58,013 bases of DNA from a virus (taxonomy: Duplodnaviria > Caudoviricetes): IMG/VR virus record IMGVR_UViG_3300032157_000010, positions 1 to 58,013 of that record; one strand, 5' to 3'. The notes below the pieces were generated by a model that had not been told where the DNA came from, did no database searches, and saw nothing but the letters and a program-made list of their open reading frames with translations. Positions 1 through 9,009 of this stretch are shown here, one piece after another (position 1 is the stretch's first letter; each line of letters begins with the position of its first letter). A program made the translations under genes and the position numbers.

Positions 1-91
1 CACGCCGGGCTTTCGCGGCACCAATGCCGACAACCAGAGCATCTACAGCGGCGGCCAGATCCACTCCGCCGGCAAGGCGCAGACCTATCGC
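1..91. repeat. Terminal direct repeat, left copy (circular assembly overlap)
   Basis: 1-91 matches 57923-58013 except at position 79 (G) versus 58001 (A). Confidence 0.97.
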
Positions 92-394
92 CCCTGGGCC
101 GATGAGTTCATCCCTTTCGCCAATGCCAATACCGGCGTGGTGACGGGGGCTGGGCTGCAGGGCACTTTCATTCCGACGATCTCGGCGGATGAACTGAAGG
201 CTCAAGCCGCCGCTAATGCCGCGCATCGCCGGACCGTCTATGACGACCTGGTCCAGGCTGGCGGCTGCAATGCCGACTTCCTGCCGGTCGAATATGCCGG
301 CCCTTGCGGCTATGGCGCGTTCGGCAAGCAGACCGAGGGCGGCAATGGCGGAGCGGCCGGCGACGGCGAAAGCTCCGGCGGCGCAGCCGAGTAA
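1..394 (+). CDS. C-terminal part of a secreted hypothetical protein that spans the genome junction
   Basis: In frame with the GTG at 57849 across the overlap; ends in a Gly/Glu-rich tail and has two Cys. Confidence 0.8.
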   Translation, partial: TPGFRGTNADNQSIYSGGQIHSAGKAQTYRPWADEFIPFANANTGVVTGAGLQGTFIPTISADELKAQAAANAAHRRTVYDDLVQAGGCNADFLPVEYAGPCGYGAFGKQTEGGNGGAAGDGESSGGAAE

Positions 395-437
395 TGCCAA
401 GGCTTCACCTTTCCTGGGGACGGGTGAAGCTGAGAAG

Positions 438-481
438 AAGCGCCGGGGTTTAGATTGGGTCTGGCGGCCCCGGCGCTTTTA
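438..481 (+). terminator. Intrinsic terminator
   Basis: Stem aagcgccgggg...ccccggcgctt followed by a T tract. Confidence 0.65.
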
Positions 482-533
482 TTCCTTCATGTCAACTATC
501 TCGAGATACGAGATAGTTCATCTGGAGGAGTAC

Positions 534-782
534 ATGTCCACCTTCATATTGTACGTCGTCCTGTCCTATTCGACCGCTCAGGGCGATATGCCGGGCGGGG
601 CGGCGCTCACGACATTCAAGCAGGAATTCTTCACCATGCAGCAATGCAGGGATGCAGAGAAGGAAGCGCGACGGGCACTCGATCCTGCCTTCAAGCGCTT
701 CGTGACGTTCTGCCTTGCCCGGCCGGAGCCGGGGGAGGAAATCTTCAACCTGGAGCCGAGGGGCTCGAAAAAGGGAGGCTGA
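534..782 (+). CDS. Small hypothetical protein with hydrophobic N-terminus and two Cys
   Basis: GGAGG RBS before ATG at 534 (MSTFILYVVL...). Confidence 0.65.
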   Translation: MSTFILYVVLSYSTAQGDMPGGAALTTFKQEFFTMQQCRDAEKEARRALDPAFKRFVTFCLARPEPGEEIFNLEPRGSKKGG

Positions 783-871
783 CCCCATGGAAATCCTGAT
801 CGCGAAAATCCTGCTGCCGGTGTGCTTCGCCGTCGGCATCGCCTGGCGCAACCATCGCAGGAAGAAAGCCA

Positions 872-1018
872 ATGGCTGAGGACGAGAAACACAAGGCCGC
901 CCGCGAGAAGGCCGAGACCATGCGCCGGGCCGGCGTGTCGCCCCGTGAAGCCGGCAAGCAGCTCGACAAGGAGCGGCGCAAGGAGATGATCAAGCCGGTT
1001 CCGCCAAAGAAAAAATGA
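872..1018 (+). CDS. Small basic hypothetical protein (48 aa)
   Basis: MAEDEKHKAAREKAE...; stop overlaps the HNH start (ATGA). Confidence 0.55.
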   Translation: MAEDEKHKAAREKAETMRRAGVSPREAGKQLDKERRKEMIKPVPPKKK

Positions 1019-1635
1019 CGAAATCAAGAGACTTAACTGGCGTGCGGTTCGGCCATCTGACCGGGAAGAGCTTCTCGCACATAGACACCCACGGCAAGCA
1101 CTTTTGGAACTGGGTGTGCGATTGCGGGAAGGAACACTTAGCCAGCAAGGCCGCCGTTGCCAGGGGAAATACAAAATCCTGCGGGTGTCAGAGATGGACG
1201 GGGAACCACCGCACTCATGGCCTGACTGGAACCCCCGAAGAACTTATCTGGGCCAATATCCGGCGCAGATGTGAAGACCCCAGTAATCCCACATACCACC
1301 ATTATGGTGGCCGCGGGATCAAAAACCTCTACGCAAACGTCGGCGAACTCGTTGCTGATATCGGGCGCCGACCATCGAAGCACCATTCTGTCGACCGCAT
1401 CGACAACGACGGCCCTTACGGGGCGGGGAATTGCCGATGGGCGACGAAGGCAGAGCAAGCCTGCAATACGCGAGCCAATGTTTGGATTAAGGCTCACGGG
1501 AAAGTTCAAACGATTGCGCAGTGGAGCCGAGAGACCGGACTGCTCCCATCTGGCATCAGATATCGAATGAAAAGGGGGTTTACCCCTGAAGAAATTGTTG
1601 ATCCGGTCCACAGGAACAGGTGGAAACACAAATGA
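1015..1635 (+). CDS. HNH homing endonuclease-like protein
   Basis: DLTGxRFG, CDCG, SCGC, YGGRGI and SVDRIDNDGPY..NCRWAT motifs. Confidence 0.9.
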   Translation: MTKSRDLTGVRFGHLTGKSFSHIDTHGKHFWNWVCDCGKEHLASKAAVARGNTKSCGCQRWTGNHRTHGLTGTPEELIWANIRRRCEDPSNPTYHHYGGRGIKNLYANVGELVADIGRRPSKHHSVDRIDNDGPYGAGNCRWATKAEQACNTRANVWIKAHGKVQTIAQWSRETGLLPSGIRYRMKRGFTPEEIVDPVHRNRWKHK

Positions 1636-1868
1636 CTGAAGGCCAGAAACAGGACACCCTCTATCGGGAGATGGAAGGCGAGCTCCTGATCATAGAGACG
1701 ACATTTCGGGAGGCCGGGCTTTGCATCGGCAACATCATCTCGATGCTCGAAGCCAGGGTACATGAACTGCGCGATGAAGAGCAAAAGCACCTGGCCGAGA
1801 TGGAGGAAGACGCCCCGGCCGAAGACGACAATGCCGAGCACCGCCTCGGCGCCAAGCAGCTTATCTGA
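1632..1868 (+). CDS. Acidic hypothetical protein
   Basis: ATGA-coupled to the HNH gene. Confidence 0.6.
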   Translation: MTEGQKQDTLYREMEGELLIIETTFREAGLCIGNIISMLEARVHELRDEEQKHLAEMEEDAPAEDDNAEHRLGAKQLI

Positions 1869-2103
1869 TTCTGTTGCCACAAAGCCATAGACGCCAATTC
1901 CCCCGGCGCTTATGGTTGGGCAGCAGTTAACGGGCCGCCAGACTGAAAACCAACAGGCGGCCCGAGGCCGGATCGCAGCACGCGCGGGGTAGGTCATCTA
2001 CCTGTGCTGCGGTCACAACTGGAAGCGCTGTCGTTTTGTCGTGCCGAAAGACAAGCAGGCTTATCACGCCCTGTTTCACGCGATAATCACCCAGCGACAG
2101 CCC

Positions 2104-2142
2104 GAAGGGCGGGAGACCCCATGCTCCCGCCCTCTTTCTTTT
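2104..2142 (+). terminator. Intrinsic terminator
   Basis: agggcgggag/ctcccgccct stem followed by ctttctttt. Confidence 0.7.
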
Positions 2143-2332
2143 GCGGTGCGAGCTTCAGCGATGGAGATCGTCCCCCAGGAGAACGGCGAGAATATGTCGC
2201 GCTCACAACCCTGGATCAAACACAGAAAAGCCGACCACCCAGCCCTGGTAAGCGTGTGGTCGGCTCTATCCGTCAATCAGTGCATTCGAGAGGGAGATCT
2301 CGATTGCCGCATTAGCCGAAGGAAATCAACCC

Positions 2333-3229
2333 ATGCACTCACTTTGTAGCACCAGAGCGAGCCGTTTGGCAATGCTCTTTGTTGGACTGGCCTGCGGCGC
2401 AGTGTCCGCAATGTCGGCCTTTGAAAACGGGCTCACGCAAGGCACCACCGATCTAGCTAAGCTGGTGTTTGGTGTGGGCTTCGTGGCGATCGTTATCGCG
2501 ACCTGGTTCGCTCCCATCGTTGCCGAGGAAGCTTTACGGGAGAGGCAATATCTGCGCTGGAGCATCATTATGCTGCCCTGGTTGGGGGCGGTGATTTTCA
2601 CCGTCACCAATGCAATCGGCTATGCCAGCCTGCACAGGACCGACAGCGTCTCGGGAAGAGAGCAAGGCCTTCAGCAATATGAGCGGGCCGAAGCTTCGCT
2701 CATCCGGCTTGGCGGCGACATCGCCGTCATGAAGGCCTCCAAGCTGTTCGCAAGGAGCGCCGGCTGCGGGAATGACACCGCGCCGGAAAGCATTACGTTT
2801 TGTAATGCTTATCGCGCCAAAGCCGCCGAGATGCGCCAGGCGGAGCAGATCCTGGCCAAGCCGAAGCCCGGCTCGATCGATCCGCAGGCCGACAGCATCG
2901 CGCTCTGGTTCGGCACCGATGCCAAGGCCACGGCGCAGCGTTTGCCGGGGTCTTTCGCGATCACGCTCGAAATCGTGGCCATGATGGCGTTCTACGCGGC
3001 CATGGGCGGGCGAAAGGCCGATCCGGCTCCAATACCTGCCATGGAGCTTTCCGTCGATCCTGAGCCATCCTCGGGGCTTCTGGAGACGGTTCCGGAAAAG
3101 CCCGCGAAACTGACCCGTCAGAAAACACCCCTGGCGCTGCCGGCGCCGGGGATTTTGTTGCGTAAGGATGGACAAATCGACGGACGCTGCGCGATGGCGC
3201 GGCGCACCAGGAAGATCGCCGTCGCATAA
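2333..3229 (+). CDS. 4-TM membrane protein with a periplasmic C-x(11)-C motif
   Basis: Three N-terminal hydrophobic segments, CGNDTAPESITFC, a fourth TM; paralog of 9010-10434. Confidence 0.8.
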   Translation: MHSLCSTRASRLAMLFVGLACGAVSAMSAFENGLTQGTTDLAKLVFGVGFVAIVIATWFAPIVAEEALRERQYLRWSIIMLPWLGAVIFTVTNAIGYASLHRTDSVSGREQGLQQYERAEASLIRLGGDIAVMKASKLFARSAGCGNDTAPESITFCNAYRAKAAEMRQAEQILAKPKPGSIDPQADSIALWFGTDAKATAQRLPGSFAITLEIVAMMAFYAAMGGRKADPAPIPAMELSVDPEPSSGLLETVPEKPAKLTRQKTPLALPAPGILLRKDGQIDGRCAMARRTRKIAVA

Positions 3230-3258
3230 GAAAGAAACGTCAATGCCACCGCAAGTGT

Positions 3259-3295
3259 AAAAGGCCCCGGAGCTGTGCTCGACGGGGCCTTTTTT
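3259..3295. terminator. Bidirectional terminator
   Basis: aaaaggccccg...cggggcctttttt between convergent genes. Confidence 0.75.
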
Positions 3296-3422
3296 GTGCG
3301 CGTTTGCGGCGGGGACCAGGACGATGTCTTCCGGCCTTTTCCGGCGGGGTGCGCATAAAGCGCCATCCTAGTAAAAATCACTATAACACAAGACACAAGA
3401 GTTTTGACGTTGCATTTTTGCA

Positions 3423-4232
3423 CTAGGGTTGATTTTCTTCATAATTCTCCGGCAGGCCGTTGCCCATCAGCAAGGTGCGGCGCTCCGCTTCGGCGCGGCG
3501 CTCATTGCGCACCCGCGATTGCTGGACTTCGAACTCGACAAGCAACTCATTCACACTTTCGGCCAGCCGCTTGATTGACCCGACAAAAACGCCCTGGGCG
3601 ACGCGCTTGTCGCCAGTTGCGCCATATTTCAGGGCCCACGATTCGGCCGAAATCGGCGCCGAACCATCGTTTGCAATCCATCTGCAGAGCAAATCGATAT
3701 CGCGCTGCTGTGGAAAGGCGAGCCTCTTCCAGACGAATTGCCTGGCCTGGATGTCGCGCCTCTGGCGTTCGGTGAGCGGGATTCTCTCGCCTGGCGCCGT
3801 GCGGCCGGTGGAGTTGCCATAGGAGCCGCCTGGGGCCCGTCCAGCCGCGGCGATCGTGCCGGCATAGAACCGGGCGAGCGCATTGGCCTCGCATTCGGTC
3901 AGCGCCTTGTCCAACTGACTCAGGCGCAGCTTGGGCGATTCCGCCGCCTCGCCCTGGGCTGCGCGCTGGGCATCCTGCAGCGCCGCTTGCCGCGTGACCG
4001 GCAGGCTCATCGGCGATTTCACCCGCGTGCGCCGGACTTCGGCCCCATTGTCGGCATAGTGCTTCTCGTTCTCGACCGGGCCATGGCGGCCGCGCTCGGG
4101 CGTCGCCACCATGCCGGAGGCCGCCGAAGGTCCCCGGCTGTTCAGCGAGACCACCACAGCGCGGTTCTTCGCCTCTTTCAGGTCGGAGATCTCCCGCAGC
4201 AATTCCCGCATTCGCTCGTCGTAATCGTTCAT
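3423..4232 (-). CDS. Hypothetical protein (possible transcription regulator by position)
   Basis: 269-aa ORF ending the replication operon; function not recognised. Confidence 0.65.
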   Translation of the reverse strand: MNDYDERMRELLREISDLKEAKNRAVVVSLNSRGPSAASGMVATPERGRHGPVENEKHYADNGAEVRRTRVKSPMSLPVTRQAALQDAQRAAQGEAAESPKLRLSQLDKALTECEANALARFYAGTIAAAGRAPGGSYGNSTGRTAPGERIPLTERQRRDIQARQFVWKRLAFPQQRDIDLLCRWIANDGSAPISAESWALKYGATGDKRVAQGVFVGSIKRLAESVNELLVEFEVQQSRVRNERRAEAERRTLLMGNGLPENYEENQP

Positions 4233-4304
4233 GCCCCGCCCGCGCGCATAAAAAATCCCCCCGGATCTTATCGGAGGGATTGTCTGCTGATTTGGTTAAG
4301 CCGG

Positions 4305-4499
4305 TCAATCGGGGCGATCATTCTCCACTGCGGCCAATGCTCGCCGGAAACGCTCGATGGCGGCCTCCCTTTCATCGTGATGATCAGCCATGCGTCTATC
4401 CAGATCAGAACCCGTCTTCGCTGCCCACCACGGCTTGGGTTCATCTCTCTTGAAGAGATGCTTTGCCAGTTCGCGGCAGGCGTCGAGGAGTTCGGTCAT
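4305..4499 (-). CDS. Hypothetical protein
   Basis: MTELLDACRELAK...; start overlaps the DUF433 stop. Confidence 0.55.
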   Translation of the reverse strand: MTELLDACRELAKHLFKRDEPKPWWAAKTGSDLDRRMADHHDEREAAIERFRRALAAVENDRPD

Positions 4500-4801
4500 T
4501 TTAGGCGCCTGCGCAGCTTGGCCGCCACGTATTCGAAGGCAGCCTTCAGGTGATCGGGCGTCAGGTCCGGGTATTCTCCCAAGATCTGGTCGATGGTATC
4601 GCCGGCCGCCAGTTGGGAAAAGATGATGTAGATGGGAATCCGCGTGCCGTCGAAGCACAGCTTGCCGCCCATGATGCCGGACTTGCTGGTGATGGTGATG
4701 GAACTTGGCGGCGCCGCATTCAGGATATCGACGTCACCAAGCATCTCCGCGCGTTCAGCATCCGCACGCGCGACGCGTTCTTCCCAGGTCATGTGTTTCA
4801 T
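4496..4801 (-). CDS. DUF433 (antitoxin-like) protein
   Basis: IMGGKLCFDGTRIPI...G.T.DQIL.EYP.L...L.AA matches the DUF433 consensus. Confidence 0.85.
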   Translation of the reverse strand: MKHMTWEERVARADAERAEMLGDVDILNAAPPSSITITSKSGIMGGKLCFDGTRIPIYIIFSQLAAGDTIDQILGEYPDLTPDHLKAAFEYVAAKLRRRLK

Positions 4802-5004
4802 GCTGTTTTCCTCAGCCCTTGCCGTTCCTGCGCCCTCACCGCCAACGCGGCCAAAATCAGACGCCGCAATTCAGACAATGAGGCATCTGTCCCGCCATTG
4901 GCAAAGAACGTTGGGATTTCCAAGCATCTAATCCGCAAGCCGCTTTGATCCCGCACAGTATACGGCTGGAAATCAAACGTCAAAGTGACCACAGCGTCCT
5001 GCAT
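4798..5004 (-). CDS. Hypothetical protein
   Basis: ATGA-coupled within the operon. Confidence 0.5.
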   Translation of the reverse strand: MQDAVVTLTFDFQPYTVRDQSGLRIRCLEIPTFFANGGTDASLSELRRLILAALAVRAQERQGLRKTA

Positions 5005-5007
5005 GGA

Positions 5008-5829
5008 CTAAGCCTCCTCTCGCTGGCGGCGGCGCGCCTTGAAGGCGTCTCCGTCATCCATGGAAACTGAGTAGCCATGCGCGGCAAACCACATGCCGAG
5101 GCCGCGCCGGAGAATTTCGTGCATCGTTACGCGCTGGTCGAAAGCGGCCTGCCGCAATGCCTCATGGATCTCGCTCTTGACCAGAAAGACGATCTCTTTC
5201 ATGTCCTTGCGGTCCTTGCGCTTCAAGGTGACGCCAACCTCGCCCATGGCCACATCATGCGCCTCCTTCAGACGAGCAGTTATGACATCCTCTTCCTGTC
5301 TTGCCTCCTGCTCGACCCGATACCGCTCTTGAACCGCCCTAGCGTATTCCTGACTTTTCCTCCCGTTCTCGCGCTTGGCAGCCTCCACCTTGGCAACTGC
5401 GGCAGGGTCTCCGCGGAAGAGCATGGCTTGAATGCTCCCGTTGACCTCCGCAATAGCCGCCTCGAATCCTTCGGGCGGCAACTCTGCCAACTTGATCGCA
5501 TTGGTGATTTGCCAATCGCCCATCTGCGCGACAACGGGGTCGCCTCCAAGGCTTGATCGCACGGCCTTCGCTTTGGCTGCTTGAGTGTGGCAGCGCGAAA
5601 AATCAACGTCCAAGAAGAGTTCCCCAATCCTGCGCCAAGAACGCAGTTTGATCTCGTGGAACTTTCTGACAGTTTCGTCATCCTTGATCTGCTTGAAATA
5701 TGTAGCCATCGCCGCTGATCGGTCCGCGATGTCCTTGCATTCATCCACCGCATGGCACTGGGCGATGGCCGTGCGCATGTTGGCATAAAGGGCAGTGTAG
5801 TCTTTGCTATTGATTACTGTGGGTAACAT
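5008..5829 (-). CDS. Hypothetical protein with C-terminal ribbon-helix-helix-like domain
   Basis: GGAG RBS; C-terminal IVFLVKSEIHEALRQAAFDQRVTMHEILRRGL. Confidence 0.7.
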   Translation of the reverse strand: MLPTVINSKDYTALYANMRTAIAQCHAVDECKDIADRSAAMATYFKQIKDDETVRKFHEIKLRSWRRIGELFLDVDFSRCHTQAAKAKAVRSSLGGDPVVAQMGDWQITNAIKLAELPPEGFEAAIAEVNGSIQAMLFRGDPAAVAKVEAAKRENGRKSQEYARAVQERYRVEQEARQEEDVITARLKEAHDVAMGEVGVTLKRKDRKDMKEIVFLVKSEIHEALRQAAFDQRVTMHEILRRGLGMWFAAHGYSVSMDDGDAFKARRRQREEA

Positions 5830-6015
5830 CTGATTTCTCCCTCTCAGAACAGGCCTGTATTCTACCTGATTTGAGAGAAAATGAGAAGGGCGGGGATCTC
5901 CCGCCCTCTGGCTATTTCTTGTCCTGTTCCTTCTTGGCCTTTTCGATGGCTTCGAAGATTTTCTTCAAGGCCGAATTGGCAGCGTCGGCGATGGTTGTCC
6001 AGTTGTCGAAGCTCT

Positions 6016-7398
6016 TTACCTGCATATCCCTCTATCCCTGACCGCGTTATTGGCCAAGGATATGAATAGCTCAAGATTGTCGCAAGGTCCGTTCCGGTTC
6101 TTACCCACAAGTATTTCGAGGGTATTCTCGCAATTTGCGAGGGCTTCCCGGCGCAGCATTTCCTTTTCGTGGTCGTCGAACTTGGAGCGCTGCAGATAAT
6201 AGCTGGAGCGATACACGAAAGCCACGGTGTCGGCTTCCTCCTCGATATTGCCGCTGTCGCGCAGGTCCGACAGGCCGGGGCGCTTGCTCTCGCGCCCTTC
6301 CACGCCGCGGTTGAGCTGCTGCAGGACCAGGAAGGCGACATCCATCTCGCGGGCGAGCATGGCAAAGCCGCGAATCAGCTCGCCGGTCTCGTGCACCCGC
6401 TGGCCGGCATAGCGGTCGGAGGCGGCGACCCGGCCGAGATGGTCGACGGCGACGATGTCGAGGCGCTTGCCCTGGCGGGCGAGCTCGTCCTGGTGGCGCC
6501 TGGCGCGCACCGAGATTTCCGCCATCGACAGGCCGGCCTGGTCGTCGACCCGGATGGGCAGGGCGCCGAAGCGCGGGGCAGCCTCGGTGAGCCGGTCGAT
6601 CTCGTGGGCGGCGAGATCGCCCTTGGCGATTTTCTCGTAAGGGATCGGGGTGTCGCGGTTCCAGATGAAATCCGACAGCATGCGCTGGGTGACGGCCTCG
6701 TGGCGCATCTCCAGCGAGAAAATCAGGCTGGAGACGCCCTTGCGGGCCGCGCGCAGCAGGCTGGAGAACAGGAAGGCCGACTTGCCCATCGAGGGCCGGC
6801 CGGCGGCGACCGCGAGCTCGCCGCGATGCCAGCCGCCCAGCACCTTGTCGAGGTCGGACAGGCCGGTGGAGATGATATCGGGGCGCGTGCCGCTCTTGAG
6901 GCGGCTCAGCAGGGCCGTGGCGGCCTCGTCGAGCGAGTGGGAGGATTTCCTGGCGTGGCGCATTCCGGCCGACAGGCGGCCAAGCTCGGCGACCACGGAG
7001 GCATTGAACGCGGCAACGTCGGTGCTGGGCGCAATGGCGGTCGCGTGCATCTGCTCGGCGATGCCGACCATGGCCCGCCTGGCGGTGAACTCCTTGAGCG
7101 CGCGGACATGGTCGACGGCCAGCTTGGCGGGGACCGAGACCGTGACGAGGCGAGCCAGATATTCGGCCACGCTCATCTGGCCGATGCAGTCGGCGGCAAA
7201 TTGCGGGCCGAGCGTCACCGGGGTGGCGATGCGTCCCTGGGCATGCAGGCCGGCGACGGCCTCGAAGATCAGCCGGTGCTCGGGCGCGGTGAAGTCGTCG
7301 ACCTCCAGCAGGCCGGCGATGAACATGGCGGCCGGCGAGGCCAGGATCGAGCCGAGCACGGCCTGCTCGGCGGCCAGGTTGGCGGGGAGTTGGTCCAT
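6016..7398 (-). CDS. dnaB: Replicative DNA helicase DnaB
   Basis: AEQAVLGS N-terminus, Walker A AGRPSMGKS, FSLEM, QLNR, RPGLSDLRDSGNIEEEAD, KNRNG. Confidence 0.97.
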   Translation of the reverse strand: MDQLPANLAAEQAVLGSILASPAAMFIAGLLEVDDFTAPEHRLIFEAVAGLHAQGRIATPVTLGPQFAADCIGQMSVAEYLARLVTVSVPAKLAVDHVRALKEFTARRAMVGIAEQMHATAIAPSTDVAAFNASVVAELGRLSAGMRHARKSSHSLDEAATALLSRLKSGTRPDIISTGLSDLDKVLGGWHRGELAVAAGRPSMGKSAFLFSSLLRAARKGVSSLIFSLEMRHEAVTQRMLSDFIWNRDTPIPYEKIAKGDLAAHEIDRLTEAAPRFGALPIRVDDQAGLSMAEISVRARRHQDELARQGKRLDIVAVDHLGRVAASDRYAGQRVHETGELIRGFAMLAREMDVAFLVLQQLNRGVEGRESKRPGLSDLRDSGNIEEEADTVAFVYRSSYYLQRSKFDDHEKEMLRREALANCENTLEILVGKNRNGPCDNLELFISLANNAVRDRGICR

Positions 7399-8276
7399 CA
7401 GGCAGCGCCCGCGCTTTCCATGATGCGGGCGGCCTCGCCGAGCAGCCAGTCATCGGCTTTCGACTGGCGGATTTCCTCGAAGGTCTGCGGGCGGGGTCGA
7501 TAGACCGGATGGCCATTGATGGCTTGCGGGAGGCGGATGCCGTTCTGCACCTCGCGGTAGAGCCAGTTCTCCCAGGTGGCCAGCCAGTCCGCCTTCATCG
7601 GGTGCTTGGCGTCCTTGCCGGTCCAGTAGGTTCTGAACCGCTCGGCGACGAAGTCGAGCTGGGCATCGGTGACGCCGAACTTGCTTTTCGAGCGGGCGCG
7701 CCAGTCGAGCGGCATCACCCAATCGGCTGGCAAACGGGTCTTGCCGGCGCGCCCCTTGGCCTTCGGTTTGGGCGCTGCCTTTTGTGAGCTATCGTTAGAT
7801 AGCTCTTTTTCTTCTACTTCCTTAAGGGCTTTATTATGTGGCATCATTTTGATACCGGGCGTGGCATCATTTTGATACCGGGTTTCGAATGGGTCGGTAT
7901 CATTTTGAGACCCTGTTTGAGGCGACCCGGTATCATTTTGACACCCAGACCCGGTATCACCCTGATACCCAGTGGCGCGGATGGCGTTAACCGCCTGCTC
8001 GACGTCGCCGACGGTGATCTTGGGGCGGTAGACGGTGGCGCGGCCGGTGCGCTCTTCGCTCTCGAAGAACAGTTTGATGCCAGCTTGCGCGCGCTTCATG
8101 GTCGGCAGCGAACAGCTTGCCAGCTTGGCCATGCGGGCGCGGGATGGGAAGGCGTCGCCGCCGTCGGTGCCGGAGTGGCGCAGCAGCACGATGGACAGGA
8201 GCTTCTCGACGGTGGAGCGGTCGCTGTCGAGGATGGCGTCGAGGAAGGCGAAGAAATCGAATTTTTCCATGACCAT
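7398..8276 (-). CDS. Phage replication initiator (N-terminal HTH, lambda O-like)
   Basis: AFPSRARMAKLASCS HTH, internal iterons, C-terminal RLPADW...KADWLATWENW domain, directly upstream of dnaB. Confidence 0.85.
   Translation of the reverse strand: MVMEKFDFFAFLDAILDSDRSTVEKLLSIVLLRHSGTDGGDAFPSRARMAKLASCSLPTMKRAQAGIKLFFESEERTGRATVYRPKITVGDVEQAVNAIRATGYQGDTGSGCQNDTGSPQTGSQNDTDPFETRYQNDATPGIKMMPHNKALKEVEEKELSNDSSQKAAPKPKAKGRAGKTRLPADWVMPLDWRARSKSKFGVTDAQLDFVAERFRTYWTGKDAKHPMKADWLATWENWLYREVQNGIRLPQAINGHPVYRPRPQTFEEIRQSKADDWLLGEAARIMESAGAA
7838..7972. repeat. Iterons / probable replication origin
   Basis: Five copies of gg(c/t)atca-(ttt/ccc)-tga(t/g/c)acc inside the initiator gene, next to an AT-rich tract. 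Confidence 0.8.
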
Positions 8277-8551
8277 CACCGCCCCAGAACCCGACCGACC
8301 AGCTTCATCGCGCCTAGGAGGTGTGCATCGACATTGCTCAGCCGCAGCCCGGTCATTTTGCGCAGGCACTCACGCGTCGCCGGCTTACCGATTCGGTAGC
8401 TGTCTATGATCGCGAGCGCGAGGAGCTTGGTGGCCGGCGAGCCGGGGTTCGACCAGACCAGCGCCATGGCGAACAGGTGCTCGTCGTTGTCCACAACCTG
8501 ATTTGCGTTTTCTTGTTGCGCGCTGGCATCGGAGCGGCTAGATGTAGACAT
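8276..8551 (-). CDS. Small HTH-like hypothetical protein
   Basis: GGGAG RBS; stop overlaps the initiator start. Confidence 0.6.
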   Translation of the reverse strand: MSTSSRSDASAQQENANQVVDNDEHLFAMALVWSNPGSPATKLLALAIIDSYRIGKPATRECLRKMTGLRLSNVDAHLLGAMKLVGRVLGR

Positions 8552-9009
8552 GCGATAGAGCTTTCTCCCGATGGTCGTCGGGGGTTAGATTTTCTGCCAA
8601 AACGCGAGGCGTCAGATTACCCCAGTAATCTGGCCACACTCGCGAAATATTTTCGAGAACGCGAAACTTGTTGGATAGCAAGGCGTTCGAGACTGCCGAA
8701 AACCCGCAATTCTGTCATAGGCCGATTTTGGGATCTCAAAACCCCGGAATCGGCCTTTGCCATTCTTTGTCCCCGATATCCACCAAAGCAAGCAAAAACT
8801 GCTTGCGGCAGGGCAGGGGATGATTTAGGGCTGGACATGACGACGGTTCCTTTCTGCCGATCGGGCCTCGTTACCTTCGTTACTGCGATTTGATACAAAC
8901 CACCCAGACTACCCTGAGCAAGTCGCCCCTCCCAGGACCTTGCTCACCTCAGAATGTGCCCAGACTACCGGCCCGCTGCCTCCCCATCGCAGCGGGCCAT
9001 TTTCGTTTT

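Noticed and set aside
7838-7972. CRISPR-like array
   Set aside because: The repeats are short, have no unique spacers of about 30 nt, and lie inside the initiator gene, so they are iterons.
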